52,846 nucleotides of DNA from IMG/VR virus record IMGVR_UViG_3300032083_000594, positions 1 to 52,846 of that record; one strand, 5' to 3'. Both the position numbers and the translations under genes were made by a program. Of this stretch, positions 44,452 to 52,846 are shown piece by piece. Numbering within the stretch: the first letter of the stretch is position 1; every line of letters starts with the position of its first letter. The DNA comes from a virus. Taxonomy: Duplodnaviria; Caudoviricetes. Below the pieces are notes generated by a model, which did not search any database, had not been told where the DNA came from, and was given only the letters and a program-made list of their open reading frames with translations.

Positions 44452-46911
44452 TTAATTATCCTCTACCATAACTTGTGCTTGTTGTACACCAGACTTTGCA
44501 AGACTGACTCCAGCTCGTAATTTTGCTAAATCTTCGTTCTGATCCATCTTATCTTCTGCAATTTCTTGTGCTTGCATCAATTTTGCTCTGTTTAAATCTT
44601 GAGTTGCCTCGTCATTTTGTTTTTTACGCTCATTTTCCATCGCTCGAAGGTCAACTTCACGTGATTTTAACTTTAATAGAGGGTCGTTATCGAATTGAGA
44701 TGTAATTTGTTTCTCTTCTTTCATGTATTCTTCTGTCATCTCAGCAATTAAAACAGCTTTTCTTGATTCTATTTGATTTGTTAGTGCTTGAACCTGTGCT
44801 TGTATTTGTGGATTAGTTGCTGCTTGTTGTTGCATCATCATCATTTGTTGCATTTGTTCTCTAAACTCTAATTGTACCTGTTCTTGTGCCATTAAACTAA
44901 TATGTTCTAGAATATTTTTCTGTATCGCTGCCATAACTGCAGGATTATTTCTAACAATATTAGTTGACATAAAATTTAAGTGAGCTGTAATGTGTGCTCT
45001 GTGATCTTGACCAGGAAATGCCTGAAAAGGTTTGCCACCTAAAGCATTAATGTGTTCTAAACTTGGGTCTATCGGTGCTGTTGGTGCCGGTGGTGGTAAA
45101 ACTGCATCAACATCTTTTACACCTATTGCATTATACATGTTTCTATAGATTTGATACATGTTATGTAATTGTGGATTTGATGTTGCAATCTGCAACTGTG
45201 TTTGTGCTAAAGTAATTCTTTGCGACATTGAAAAAATATTAGGGTCCGCTACAGGAATTACATCAACTCTATTATCAAAGTCAGCTTGTTTTATATTTCT
45301 TGCTCCACCTACAACATCATATGGATATTCTGGTGGTAAATATTGTGAAACAATTTTACCAAGTAATCTAAATTCATTTTTCATTGCCGCATAACATCTT
45401 TTGTGAATTGCAGACATAACTCTTGAACCACGTTCTAGTAATGCAATCGTTGTTCCAACAGCAGCACCTTGATTACCATCACCCACTTGCATATCAGCAA
45501 TACTCGCGAATCTCTGACCAGCTTGTACTACAATACCAAGTAAGTTTAATAAAGTCTGTGATGGTTCTTTGTAAGGTAGTGGGAAGAATGCATCTCTTAA
45601 ATTACCACCTGGTGCATCAACATCTTTAAATTCACCTGGTTGTATTGGAGCTGCTTCATCTCTAACTCTAACACCTCTTTGTTTAAATCCTGCTGGCAGG
45701 TTTGATAACGTACCTGCATCTAATAATTGACGGAGAGCCGCCGTTGCCGTACGACTCAATCCGCCAATCATGTGAATGAGTCCAAAGCCATAAAATCCTA
45801 GTCCTGGCAGAAACTTGAAGTGGACAAAATATTGGATTTTATTTTTCTTTAGATCATCGGGCGCATAGTTCCTTCTAATAGAAAGAACTTTTCTATTGCC
45901 TTCTTCTACAGTTACTATGTAGGGCAATTTTATTCCAGTTGGCTCACCTTGAGCATCAACTTCTTCAAAACCTTCTAAGTCTAAATTTACATGACACTCT
46001 AACAAAGTATATACAGGTTCGTTCTTACCTGTTTTTTTTGTACCATCTAACTCACGTTCTTTTTTGTCGAGTTCATTATTTGTATCTGTTCCTGGTGGAC
46101 CCAATTCTACATCTCTGTAGAAACCACTGACTTGTTGTTTTCTTAATTCATTTTCAGAAATTTTTACTTTGTGAATAACTGCCTCCGCATCGTCTAATGA
46201 GGTAGCCGTATACGGGACAATTAATTCATCTGCAGGCACAAACTTTGATACTGCTCGTCCCATTGGAACATCGTAGTATATTTTTTTAAAAGTTGATCCT
46301 GCTAATGGTAAATGAAATAACATAGAATCGAATTCTGATTCATACTCTTTCATTTGATCCATAATTAAGTAATTCATAAAATCTTTAACACGATTTGCCT
46401 GCTGTTCTGTTGCAGTATTTTTAATTCCTACAACTTGTGTTCTAACTGGTCCATCTGATGGTAATAATTCTTTGTAAGCTTGTGCTTGAAATTGTGTAAC
46501 AGCTTCTGCAAGAACTGGGTGAGTTGCACCACTAGCTCCTTGAAATGGTTCTGTTCTGTTTTCGTATTTAAAACCTAAAAGATCTAAACCTGTAATGTAT
46601 GATTGCTCCCATTCTTTTCTTGAAGTTTTGTAATCCATGTAGTTTTGAGTCATCTCGTTGCCGATTGGCTCTAAAACGTCATCAGGTAAAAGTTCTGCTA
46701 AGTTGTCAAAGTGTGATTCTGTTCCTGGTACATTGATTGCACCTGGTTCATAATCTAAAGTTACACCACCATCTTCTTCTGGTATAACCTCAATTGGTTT
46801 TCTTAAATCTTGTTCTGTTTGTTCCTGAACAGCTATTTCTTGTAATTCCTCCTCTGAAGGAATTTCTTCTTTGTTTCTAGTGTTCGGGAGTCCTTTATCT
46901 ATATCTGCCAT
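44452..46911 (-). CDS. portal protein
   Basis: 819 aa; HPVLAEAV, LPLAGSTFKK, PYIVT, FLPGLGFYGFG, LLDAGTLSN; position between terminase and head genes. Confidence 0.85.
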   Translation of the reverse strand: MADIDKGLPNTRNKEEIPSEEELQEIAVQEQTEQDLRKPIEVIPEEDGGVTLDYEPGAINVPGTESHFDNLAELLPDDVLEPIGNEMTQNYMDYKTSRKEWEQSYITGLDLLGFKYENRTEPFQGASGATHPVLAEAVTQFQAQAYKELLPSDGPVRTQVVGIKNTATEQQANRVKDFMNYLIMDQMKEYESEFDSMLFHLPLAGSTFKKIYYDVPMGRAVSKFVPADELIVPYTATSLDDAEAVIHKVKISENELRKQQVSGFYRDVELGPPGTDTNNELDKKERELDGTKKTGKNEPVYTLLECHVNLDLEGFEEVDAQGEPTGIKLPYIVTVEEGNRKVLSIRRNYAPDDLKKNKIQYFVHFKFLPGLGFYGFGLIHMIGGLSRTATAALRQLLDAGTLSNLPAGFKQRGVRVRDEAAPIQPGEFKDVDAPGGNLRDAFFPLPYKEPSQTLLNLLGIVVQAGQRFASIADMQVGDGNQGAAVGTTIALLERGSRVMSAIHKRCYAAMKNEFRLLGKIVSQYLPPEYPYDVVGGARNIKQADFDNRVDVIPVADPNIFSMSQRITLAQTQLQIATSNPQLHNMYQIYRNMYNAIGVKDVDAVLPPPAPTAPIDPSLEHINALGGKPFQAFPGQDHRAHITAHLNFMSTNIVRNNPAVMAAIQKNILEHISLMAQEQVQLEFREQMQQMMMMQQQAATNPQIQAQVQALTNQIESRKAVLIAEMTEEYMKEEKQITSQFDNDPLLKLKSREVDLRAMENERKKQNDEATQDLNRAKLMQAQEIAEDKMDQNEDLAKLRAGVSLAKSGVQQAQVMVEDN

Positions 46912-46920
46912 TTAATACTC

Positions 46921-49572
46921 CTAGTAGTTTTTAACACGGTTTTTAAGGGATAGCAACCCTTGTGAATTTGGCCCTCTTACTGGTGCTGGACCTGATGATA
47001 CACCAGCTTCTTTTGCTATTCCCCCACCTGCTGCCGCAAAACCTCTTAAACCGCTACCTATATCAGAAATGTCAATATCAAATGGATTAATAACTTGTCC
47101 TTGTGTATTTACATTTGTTCGACCAACTATTTCATTTTCCATATCACCTATAACGTTTTGTGGTTTTTCCATAGGTGGTTTATTTATCGGCTCACCCACA
47201 GTTCCTGACGCTCCGTAAACTGATTCTGGATTAAATCGTTGTGCTAACTCTGATAGAGAAGCATTTCTTAATGAATCTCTATAAGCTAATATATCTTTTG
47301 CTGACACTTTTGAACCTTGTGCTCTAATTCTTTGTGCTAAATTTATTGCATCTGCAGTCGACATAGTTATAAAATCTTTTTCATCTCCAAATGCTGGGAG
47401 TATTTTTTCATTTAATTGTTTTTGTGTTTGTTCAGACATTCCTAAAGTTTCGATATCACTATCAGGTTCTACATCTCTAAATTTAGATTTTAGTTTGGTA
47501 AAAAACGATCCCGAACTTCTAGCATCATCAACTTCGTCCTGCATTCTATCTGCATAAATTCTTTCAGCCTCTGGCATTTTAAACTTATTGTTTAAATCAT
47601 CAGTTGCCTGTTTTAATCGAGCATCCACATTTTTTACATTTTGACTTAAATCACTAATATAATCAAAATCACCTCCCCCTGATAAATTTTCAAGGTTTGC
47701 TTTTTGATCTTCTAAACTTTGTATTTTTGTTAGTTGATTTTTGTAATCAAGAGATTTACCAATGATACCTGCAACCTCTGGTCCAAAGAATCTACCTGCT
47801 TCTAACATCTCGGCTTTTTTAGTTTGATTACCTGGTAACAAATAATCAGACGCTCTTAAAAAAGCTTCGTTAAGAGTATCACCCATACCCATTCTAATTA
47901 CAGAATCAGCAGCAACATATAATGCTTCAGGTATGACACCAAACTTTATAACATTTCTACCCAAACTTGCTGCTCTATTTGCAAATGCTGCAAAGTTTTT
48001 AGCTTGTGCGGGGGTTACATTTTTCATTCCAGAGTTAATATTTTTTATACCTCCTTGATAACAAACATCTAGACTAGGGAGGCTTCCTTCTTGAAAACCT
48101 GCTCGTCCTCCTTGTGAGTTAAATCCCCTACTACATCTTGGATCTTTACTTAGTGTTGCTATGAGTTTTTTGTCAACTCCTGATATTTCTAATTTTTGTC
48201 CTCTAGGAAAAATTTCTTTTAAAAGTTTTTTTCCTTCGTCTGTTTTTTTTAATTTTTCTAAATTTTTTTTTGCAAGATTTTGTTCTCTTAAATTTTGTGT
48301 TAATTCTTTTAATAAACCCTCTTGTGTTTTTTTAGCTATGTTAGTTGCACCAAAATTAAATTTTTTAGTTGATCCTTTTCCTATATTAACATTAAGAGTT
48401 TTAGCAAGGTTTTCTATTTGTTTTATTTTTTTAATATCTTTTACATCGGCTAGTAAAGCTTTATCATAAGCTTTACTTAAACTTTCTTTAAAACCTCTAT
48501 TATATCCTCTACTAATAGGTGTTACATACAAAAGTTTTTCTGGAGATACATTCGATCCTTTTAAAAAAGCTTTTGATAAAGGGTGATCTAAATCTAATTT
48601 TAAATCACCAGGTAGAGTATTAAGAAATTTATTATACTCTGATAATCCTTGTAAAGCTGCTACATATTTTTTAGGGTCTTTTCCTCTTCCAAAAGCATCC
48701 ATAATTAATGTTCCAATATTTTCTGACTGTACTTTTCTTAAACCTTTTATATTTGAAAAGTTATCTAAGAAATTATCTGTAGTATTAAAGTCATCAGGTA
48801 ACCATGATTTTAAGGGTTCTTTAGATAAATTTTCTTTACTTATTGCAACATTTTGTGCGTACACATTATTTAATAATTTACTTGATTGTTTTACAATTTC
48901 TTTTTCGGTTTTATTAAATTTTTTAGCCATAGATTTTACGGTGGCATTAGGGTTTTTTAATATTTCATCAAATAATTTTTTTTGTGTTATTATTTTTTTT
49001 AATGCTAGTTCTGATTGTTTTTTTGATTTACCCGTTTTTGTAAACTCAAGAGCTTCTTTATAAGTATCAATCATATACCTACGATTAACTCCTAATTTTT
49101 TAGCTAATGCATTTTGTGCCTTAACATCTTTACCAAGAATAATATTATTAAATAATGTAGTATCTTGAGTGTTTAAAATTCCACCAGCGTCTACAGCTCC
49201 TTTTGCCATTCTAGCTGTTCTTGTTTTAACTTTTAATTTTTTATAATCTTGTTCTATAAAAGCTTTACCTATTTTATCAAACTTTGCTTTTATTTTTGCA
49301 ACATTTCCTGCTTGTTGTGCAGCTTTAATTGCTTTATCACTTCTATACCCCTGCCTCGTGCCACCAAAACCTGGTTGCACTAACATACCACCGCCTGCTT
49401 TCTGTTGTCGTTCACGTCTTAGAAATGCGTTGACTGCTTCTCGCTGTTCAACTTCTGGTTTAATTGGTGGGATAGGTGCTTTGCTTGCAGGAAAGACATT
49501 AGGAAGTTCTGGTTGTGTTTTCTTAGCTCGTGTTAAATATTTATATATCTCTCTTAATTTATATGGGTTCAT
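46921..49572 (-). CDS. large hypothetical protein with GG tags and a possible HNH-like motif
   Basis: 883 aa; KAGGG, NSQGGRAGF and AAAGGG motifs; DLDHPL...YNRGFK. Confidence 0.7.
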   Translation of the reverse strand: MNPYKLREIYKYLTRAKKTQPELPNVFPASKAPIPPIKPEVEQREAVNAFLRRERQQKAGGGMLVQPGFGGTRQGYRSDKAIKAAQQAGNVAKIKAKFDKIGKAFIEQDYKKLKVKTRTARMAKGAVDAGGILNTQDTTLFNNIILGKDVKAQNALAKKLGVNRRYMIDTYKEALEFTKTGKSKKQSELALKKIITQKKLFDEILKNPNATVKSMAKKFNKTEKEIVKQSSKLLNNVYAQNVAISKENLSKEPLKSWLPDDFNTTDNFLDNFSNIKGLRKVQSENIGTLIMDAFGRGKDPKKYVAALQGLSEYNKFLNTLPGDLKLDLDHPLSKAFLKGSNVSPEKLLYVTPISRGYNRGFKESLSKAYDKALLADVKDIKKIKQIENLAKTLNVNIGKGSTKKFNFGATNIAKKTQEGLLKELTQNLREQNLAKKNLEKLKKTDEGKKLLKEIFPRGQKLEISGVDKKLIATLSKDPRCSRGFNSQGGRAGFQEGSLPSLDVCYQGGIKNINSGMKNVTPAQAKNFAAFANRAASLGRNVIKFGVIPEALYVAADSVIRMGMGDTLNEAFLRASDYLLPGNQTKKAEMLEAGRFFGPEVAGIIGKSLDYKNQLTKIQSLEDQKANLENLSGGGDFDYISDLSQNVKNVDARLKQATDDLNNKFKMPEAERIYADRMQDEVDDARSSGSFFTKLKSKFRDVEPDSDIETLGMSEQTQKQLNEKILPAFGDEKDFITMSTADAINLAQRIRAQGSKVSAKDILAYRDSLRNASLSELAQRFNPESVYGASGTVGEPINKPPMEKPQNVIGDMENEIVGRTNVNTQGQVINPFDIDISDIGSGLRGFAAAGGGIAKEAGVSSGPAPVRGPNSQGLLSLKNRVKNY

Positions 49573-51704
49573 TATTCTCCTAACATTCTAGCGATACCAC
49601 CTGATGCAAAGGCATCATCTGGCACATCATAATCAGACTCATTTACCTCGCCCTGTCTTCTGACAACTGCATCTGATTGAGCCTCAGGATCTGTCGTTAG
49701 TCTTCTAGCCTTATCTTTTCTTTTTTTGTTTTGAATAATCTCTCTAATCGTAGGTCCTTTGCCTGTCGCATATTCTTTTAGTTTAGATACATCAGAATCT
49801 AGATCTCTGATACTTGAACCACCGATCTCGTCGACCTCTATCTCATAATCATCTGGTCCATATCTTCTGCCAACAGGACCTGCCTCTGCTGTAGAAAACT
49901 CTGCTGCAGGGTTTGGTGCTCCTTCATCAGGTAATGGTTTTTTATATTCCATTTGTACTGTGTCTTCAAAAACATTATCAGGACTATCATACTCAACTCT
50001 TACAGCACCATCGTCCACGTCCTCTGTAACTCGGACCACGGAACCATCATTAAGTGTTTTCTGATGAATAGATTGTCTTTCCCCTGTTGCAAATTTTTTA
50101 GTAACGTCATCACCTTCAATAATAACTTTATTAACTAATGCATCAAACCATTCTGGTTTACCAGCAACGTTATCTGTTTTAATAATTGGAACGCTCTTAA
50201 TACCTTTTGCAGTTTTAATTGGTTTTAAAAATTTACCAACAATAGGTATTGATGCAAGACCACCTAATATTTTTAAGAAACTTCTTCTGCTCATGCCAGA
50301 CCCATTTTTAAATTGTTTTCTAAAATTAAAACCAATACCAGTATCATCTCGTCCAAAACCTTTGTTGATACCAAAACTTAACTCACCACCGCCAATATTT
50401 TTTTGTCCACCAATCTTTGCTCTATCTAAGTCAAACATTAACATCATGTCTTTTGATAAAGGAACTTTAGCAGGATCAACGTTTATCATTCTTTTAACTA
50501 TTTCTTTTAAAGCTTCTTCAGGATCATTTGTTTCAAAGGTAGGTCCCATCGATTCTTGTTTTTTATCAAAATCATATTTAATACTTGGTGCTCCTGTGCC
50601 ATTTGCATAACCAATACGTCCGCCGTCTGCTCTCTTTTCACCAAACATTCTTTCCGTATAGGCTTCAATTGTTTTATCTTTAAGTTCTGGATTTTTTTTA
50701 TAGAAAGGATCTGCATTTAATTCTTGTATAAATTCTTTTAAGTTTTGTTCTTTCTGCTCTTCGTTCATAGCTTCTAATTTTTTTCTTAGTTGATTATTTA
50801 TTAAGGCTCCAGTTGTTGCAGGAATACCAACTTCTGCAAGAGGTAGGTCCATAAACTTACCTGTCTCATTTGCTTTTAATGTTTTATCTTTAATATTTTT
50901 TAAATAATCTTTACCTGCTTGATATGGACTTTTTTTATTAAAAAAATTTAATAAAGTTTGAATACCTTTTTTACCTGTACCTAATTTATATCCTGCACGA
51001 CCGCCTGTTGCTAAGTCTTCTGGTGGATCAAATTTCTGTTTAGTTAAACCTTGATAGGCTTCATCGTAAAGTTCCATTTGATCTATTTCATCTAAATCAT
51101 AAAACTCTTTACCAAATCTTTTTTCTGCTAAATCATCTGCAACAAGTTGTGCATCGTATTTTCTATCTCCTGCAAATCCTGGTGAAGCATTGTCGATTGC
51201 TTCTTCAATCATTTTTCTATTTTTTATTCTTTGAACAGCTGCTTTGTTATCTTTTTCCATACGAGCTAATACTTCTGCTTCTCTTTGTTTAAGAGTCTTA
51301 GGTCCTTGTTCAGTTGTCTTCACTAAATCTGAATATGGATTATCTGTTTTCATTAATCCTTCTTTTAAAGTCTGTTCGTTTATTTCTTTACCACCCATAA
51401 TACCTTTTGATGGATTTATTTTTTTACCCGTCATATCAAAGACTTCACCTTTTCGATCAAACTTGCTACCCCCTAGCATATCACCAAAACGTTGTTGAAA
51501 CGCTTGGTCCTCAGCTTGTTTAACATAAGACAATATTTGATTTAATTCTTTTTCACTTGTGATCGCATTTGGATCAATGCCTAAATTTTTTAATCTATTC
51601 TCTAAAGCATTCGCAGAAAATTCTACTGCTTTGTTATTAGCAATCGCTCCCTGTTTTTTAAAAAGGGCTTTTGCTATAAAATTTCTGATAACTGTTACTG
51701 CCAT
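49572..51704 (-). CDS. large modular hypothetical protein with GG tags and an internal Tat-like motif
   Basis: 710 aa; LATGGRAGY, RADGGRIGY, FKNGSGMSRRSFLK, C-terminal FASGGIARMLGE. Confidence 0.7.
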   Translation of the reverse strand: MAVTVIRNFIAKALFKKQGAIANNKAVEFSANALENRLKNLGIDPNAITSEKELNQILSYVKQAEDQAFQQRFGDMLGGSKFDRKGEVFDMTGKKINPSKGIMGGKEINEQTLKEGLMKTDNPYSDLVKTTEQGPKTLKQREAEVLARMEKDNKAAVQRIKNRKMIEEAIDNASPGFAGDRKYDAQLVADDLAEKRFGKEFYDLDEIDQMELYDEAYQGLTKQKFDPPEDLATGGRAGYKLGTGKKGIQTLLNFFNKKSPYQAGKDYLKNIKDKTLKANETGKFMDLPLAEVGIPATTGALINNQLRKKLEAMNEEQKEQNLKEFIQELNADPFYKKNPELKDKTIEAYTERMFGEKRADGGRIGYANGTGAPSIKYDFDKKQESMGPTFETNDPEEALKEIVKRMINVDPAKVPLSKDMMLMFDLDRAKIGGQKNIGGGELSFGINKGFGRDDTGIGFNFRKQFKNGSGMSRRSFLKILGGLASIPIVGKFLKPIKTAKGIKSVPIIKTDNVAGKPEWFDALVNKVIIEGDDVTKKFATGERQSIHQKTLNDGSVVRVTEDVDDGAVRVEYDSPDNVFEDTVQMEYKKPLPDEGAPNPAAEFSTAEAGPVGRRYGPDDYEIEVDEIGGSSIRDLDSDVSKLKEYATGKGPTIREIIQNKKRKDKARRLTTDPEAQSDAVVRRQGEVNESDYDVPDDAFASGGIARMLGE

Positions 51705-51955
51705 TATCTATACTTCTTGTTAATTCTTGCATCAATTTCAATAGCGCTCTTACCTGGTAGTTGCGCTCCTGTTTTCATATCTTTACGCATTTTAAGAGGA
51801 CCTTCGACTTTATCCGGTCCTTTTAATTTACTTTTTTTCAATGCTTTATTTAAAAGATCCGTGGCTCTTGGACCTGGAAAAGTTGGTTTTTTAACGCCAG
51901 CTGCTTTCATCTTAGACTTCATAATGATGCCCATACCTTTTGTAATTATACCCAT
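51704..51955 (-). CDS. small basic protein (83 aa)
   Basis: Likely start MGIITKGMG at 51955, just after the terL stop. Confidence 0.65.
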   Translation of the reverse strand: MGIITKGMGIIMKSKMKAAGVKKPTFPGPRATDLLNKALKKSKLKGPDKVEGPLKMRKDMKTGAQLPGKSAIEIDARINKKYR

Positions 51956-51956
51956 A

Positions 51957-52846
51957 TTAATAATAACTCCTTTTTTGTTTTTCAACTTTTTCGTCGATGT
52001 AATCTTCAGGATGATCTATTAATCCACCTTGTCTGAATCGCATGATTGCTTGTGTGGTTGAGTCCACAAGATCGTCATGATCACCATAAGGAAACGCAGC
52101 ACATTCTTCAATAACGTCATCTGCGAATTTCTGCTCAGGTGCCCATATCATACCAGATTCAAATAAAGGTGCAACAGCATTTACACGTGCATGCTTATCA
52201 TTTCCACGTGAAGGTGTGAAGTTGACAACAGGTATATCCATTTGCCTAAGCTCGTACGTTAAGGGTAGGCCAGATGCTTTTGCTTCAACAATAACAGATT
52301 CTGGCATCCAATACTTATATTGATCTAATGCTAAACGTCGAAGTTCTGGAAACTCATATCGTCCTTTGATTGCATCGAGTAATATTAAATTAGCACCTGA
52401 GTCTTCATCAGGATAAAAAATACCCCAAGTAGTGATTGCACTATAATCAGCTGTCTCCTTTTTTAAAAATGCAGTATCATAAGATTGTATCACATGATGT
52501 AGTTGTGGAATATCATTACCTGTATAAGTTCGCCACCACTCACGTTTTAGTATAGCTCCTTCTTCTGCGGTTGGATTCTGCATCCACTGCGCGTTCCATT
52601 TGCCCGTGGGCAGTGTTGCTTGGACCTTCTCTAACTCATCTAACTTCCAATATTCTGGCCATACAGGTTTTTGGTCCTTTGATCCGTGGTCCATGATTGC
52701 TGGAAATTCGACCACGTGCCACTGATCAGCTTTCGCTTCTTTTTGATTCTGTATCAGTTTTCCTGTTAAATCTTTATTACTCCATCTAGTCATAACCAGC
52801 ACGATCTTACCACCTGGTTGTAAACGCTGACGTGGACCTGACGTGT
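51957..52846 (-). CDS. terL: terminase large subunit (partial; 5' end outside the window)
   Basis: RLQPGG.I..VMTRW coupling motif, QSYDTA, ADYSA, VEAKASG, DK.AR, HDDLVDS RNase H-like nuclease domain; frame open to the window edge. Confidence 0.92.
   Translation of the reverse strand, partial: TSGPRQRLQPGGKIVLVMTRWSNKDLTGKLIQNQKEAKADQWHVVEFPAIMDHGSKDQKPVWPEYWKLDELEKVQATLPTGKWNAQWMQNPTAEEGAILKREWWRTYTGNDIPQLHHVIQSYDTAFLKKETADYSAITTWGIFYPDEDSGANLILLDAIKGRYEFPELRRLALDQYKYWMPESVIVEAKASGLPLTYELRQMDIPVVNFTPSRGNDKHARVNAVAPLFESGMIWAPEQKFADDVIEECAAFPYGDHDDLVDSTTQAIMRFRQGGLIDHPEDYIDEKVEKQKRSYY

Noticed and set aside
18361-51498. Numerous + strand ORFs in the track (e.g. 21616-22398, 24418-24903, 36859-37332)
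   Set aside because: They are antisense shadows of well-supported minus-strand genes, with no RBS or recognisable motifs.
52020-52045. FRQGG at the TerL C-terminus (and FRNGG at the holin C-terminus) as GG tags
   Set aside because: Both lack the R[IAT]G extension and could be ordinary family features, so they were not counted.
1-52846. tRNA genes, integrase/att site, alternative genetic code
   Set aside because: No cloverleaf or recombinase motifs were seen by eye, and the long genes are intact in the standard code with TAA, TAG and TGA all used as stops.

Overview
The window is most of an AT-rich tailed dsDNA phage genome with podovirus-like organisation. By gene content and promoter style it is most likely a marine alphaproteobacterial (SAR11/Pelagibacter-type) phage; this is an inference and no database search was run. 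From left to right it contains: (1) small early/accessory genes, a terminase small subunit and a palindrome-rich non-coding locus at about 2.62-2.91 kb; (2) a replication module (exonuclease, family A DNA polymerase, UvrD-like helicase, primase-polymerase, SSB, SNF2 helicase); (3) an M15 endolysin; (4) a long minus-strand morphogenesis operon (ejection/internal proteins, tail, 2OG-Fe(II) oxygenases, Mu gpT-like major capsid protein, scaffold, GroES, small basic proteins, holin, portal, two large variable proteins, partial terminase large subunit). No tRNA, CRISPR array or integrase was seen. The most striking unexplained signals are: a shared xxxGGR[IAT]Gxxx-G peptide tag, present 9 times in 7 late proteins, with a lambda gpH C-terminus-like domain as candidate partner and an internal Tat-like SRRSFLK just after a degenerate site; a GNN[CG]C[GTA]T heptamer family in 7-bp tandem register whose orientation flips around the palindromic locus; overlapping bidirectional promoters that make leaderless mRNAs; two distant basic proteins with an identical N-terminus encoded by fully recoded codons; and a pseudoknotted 5'-UTR RNA downstream of the capsid gene.
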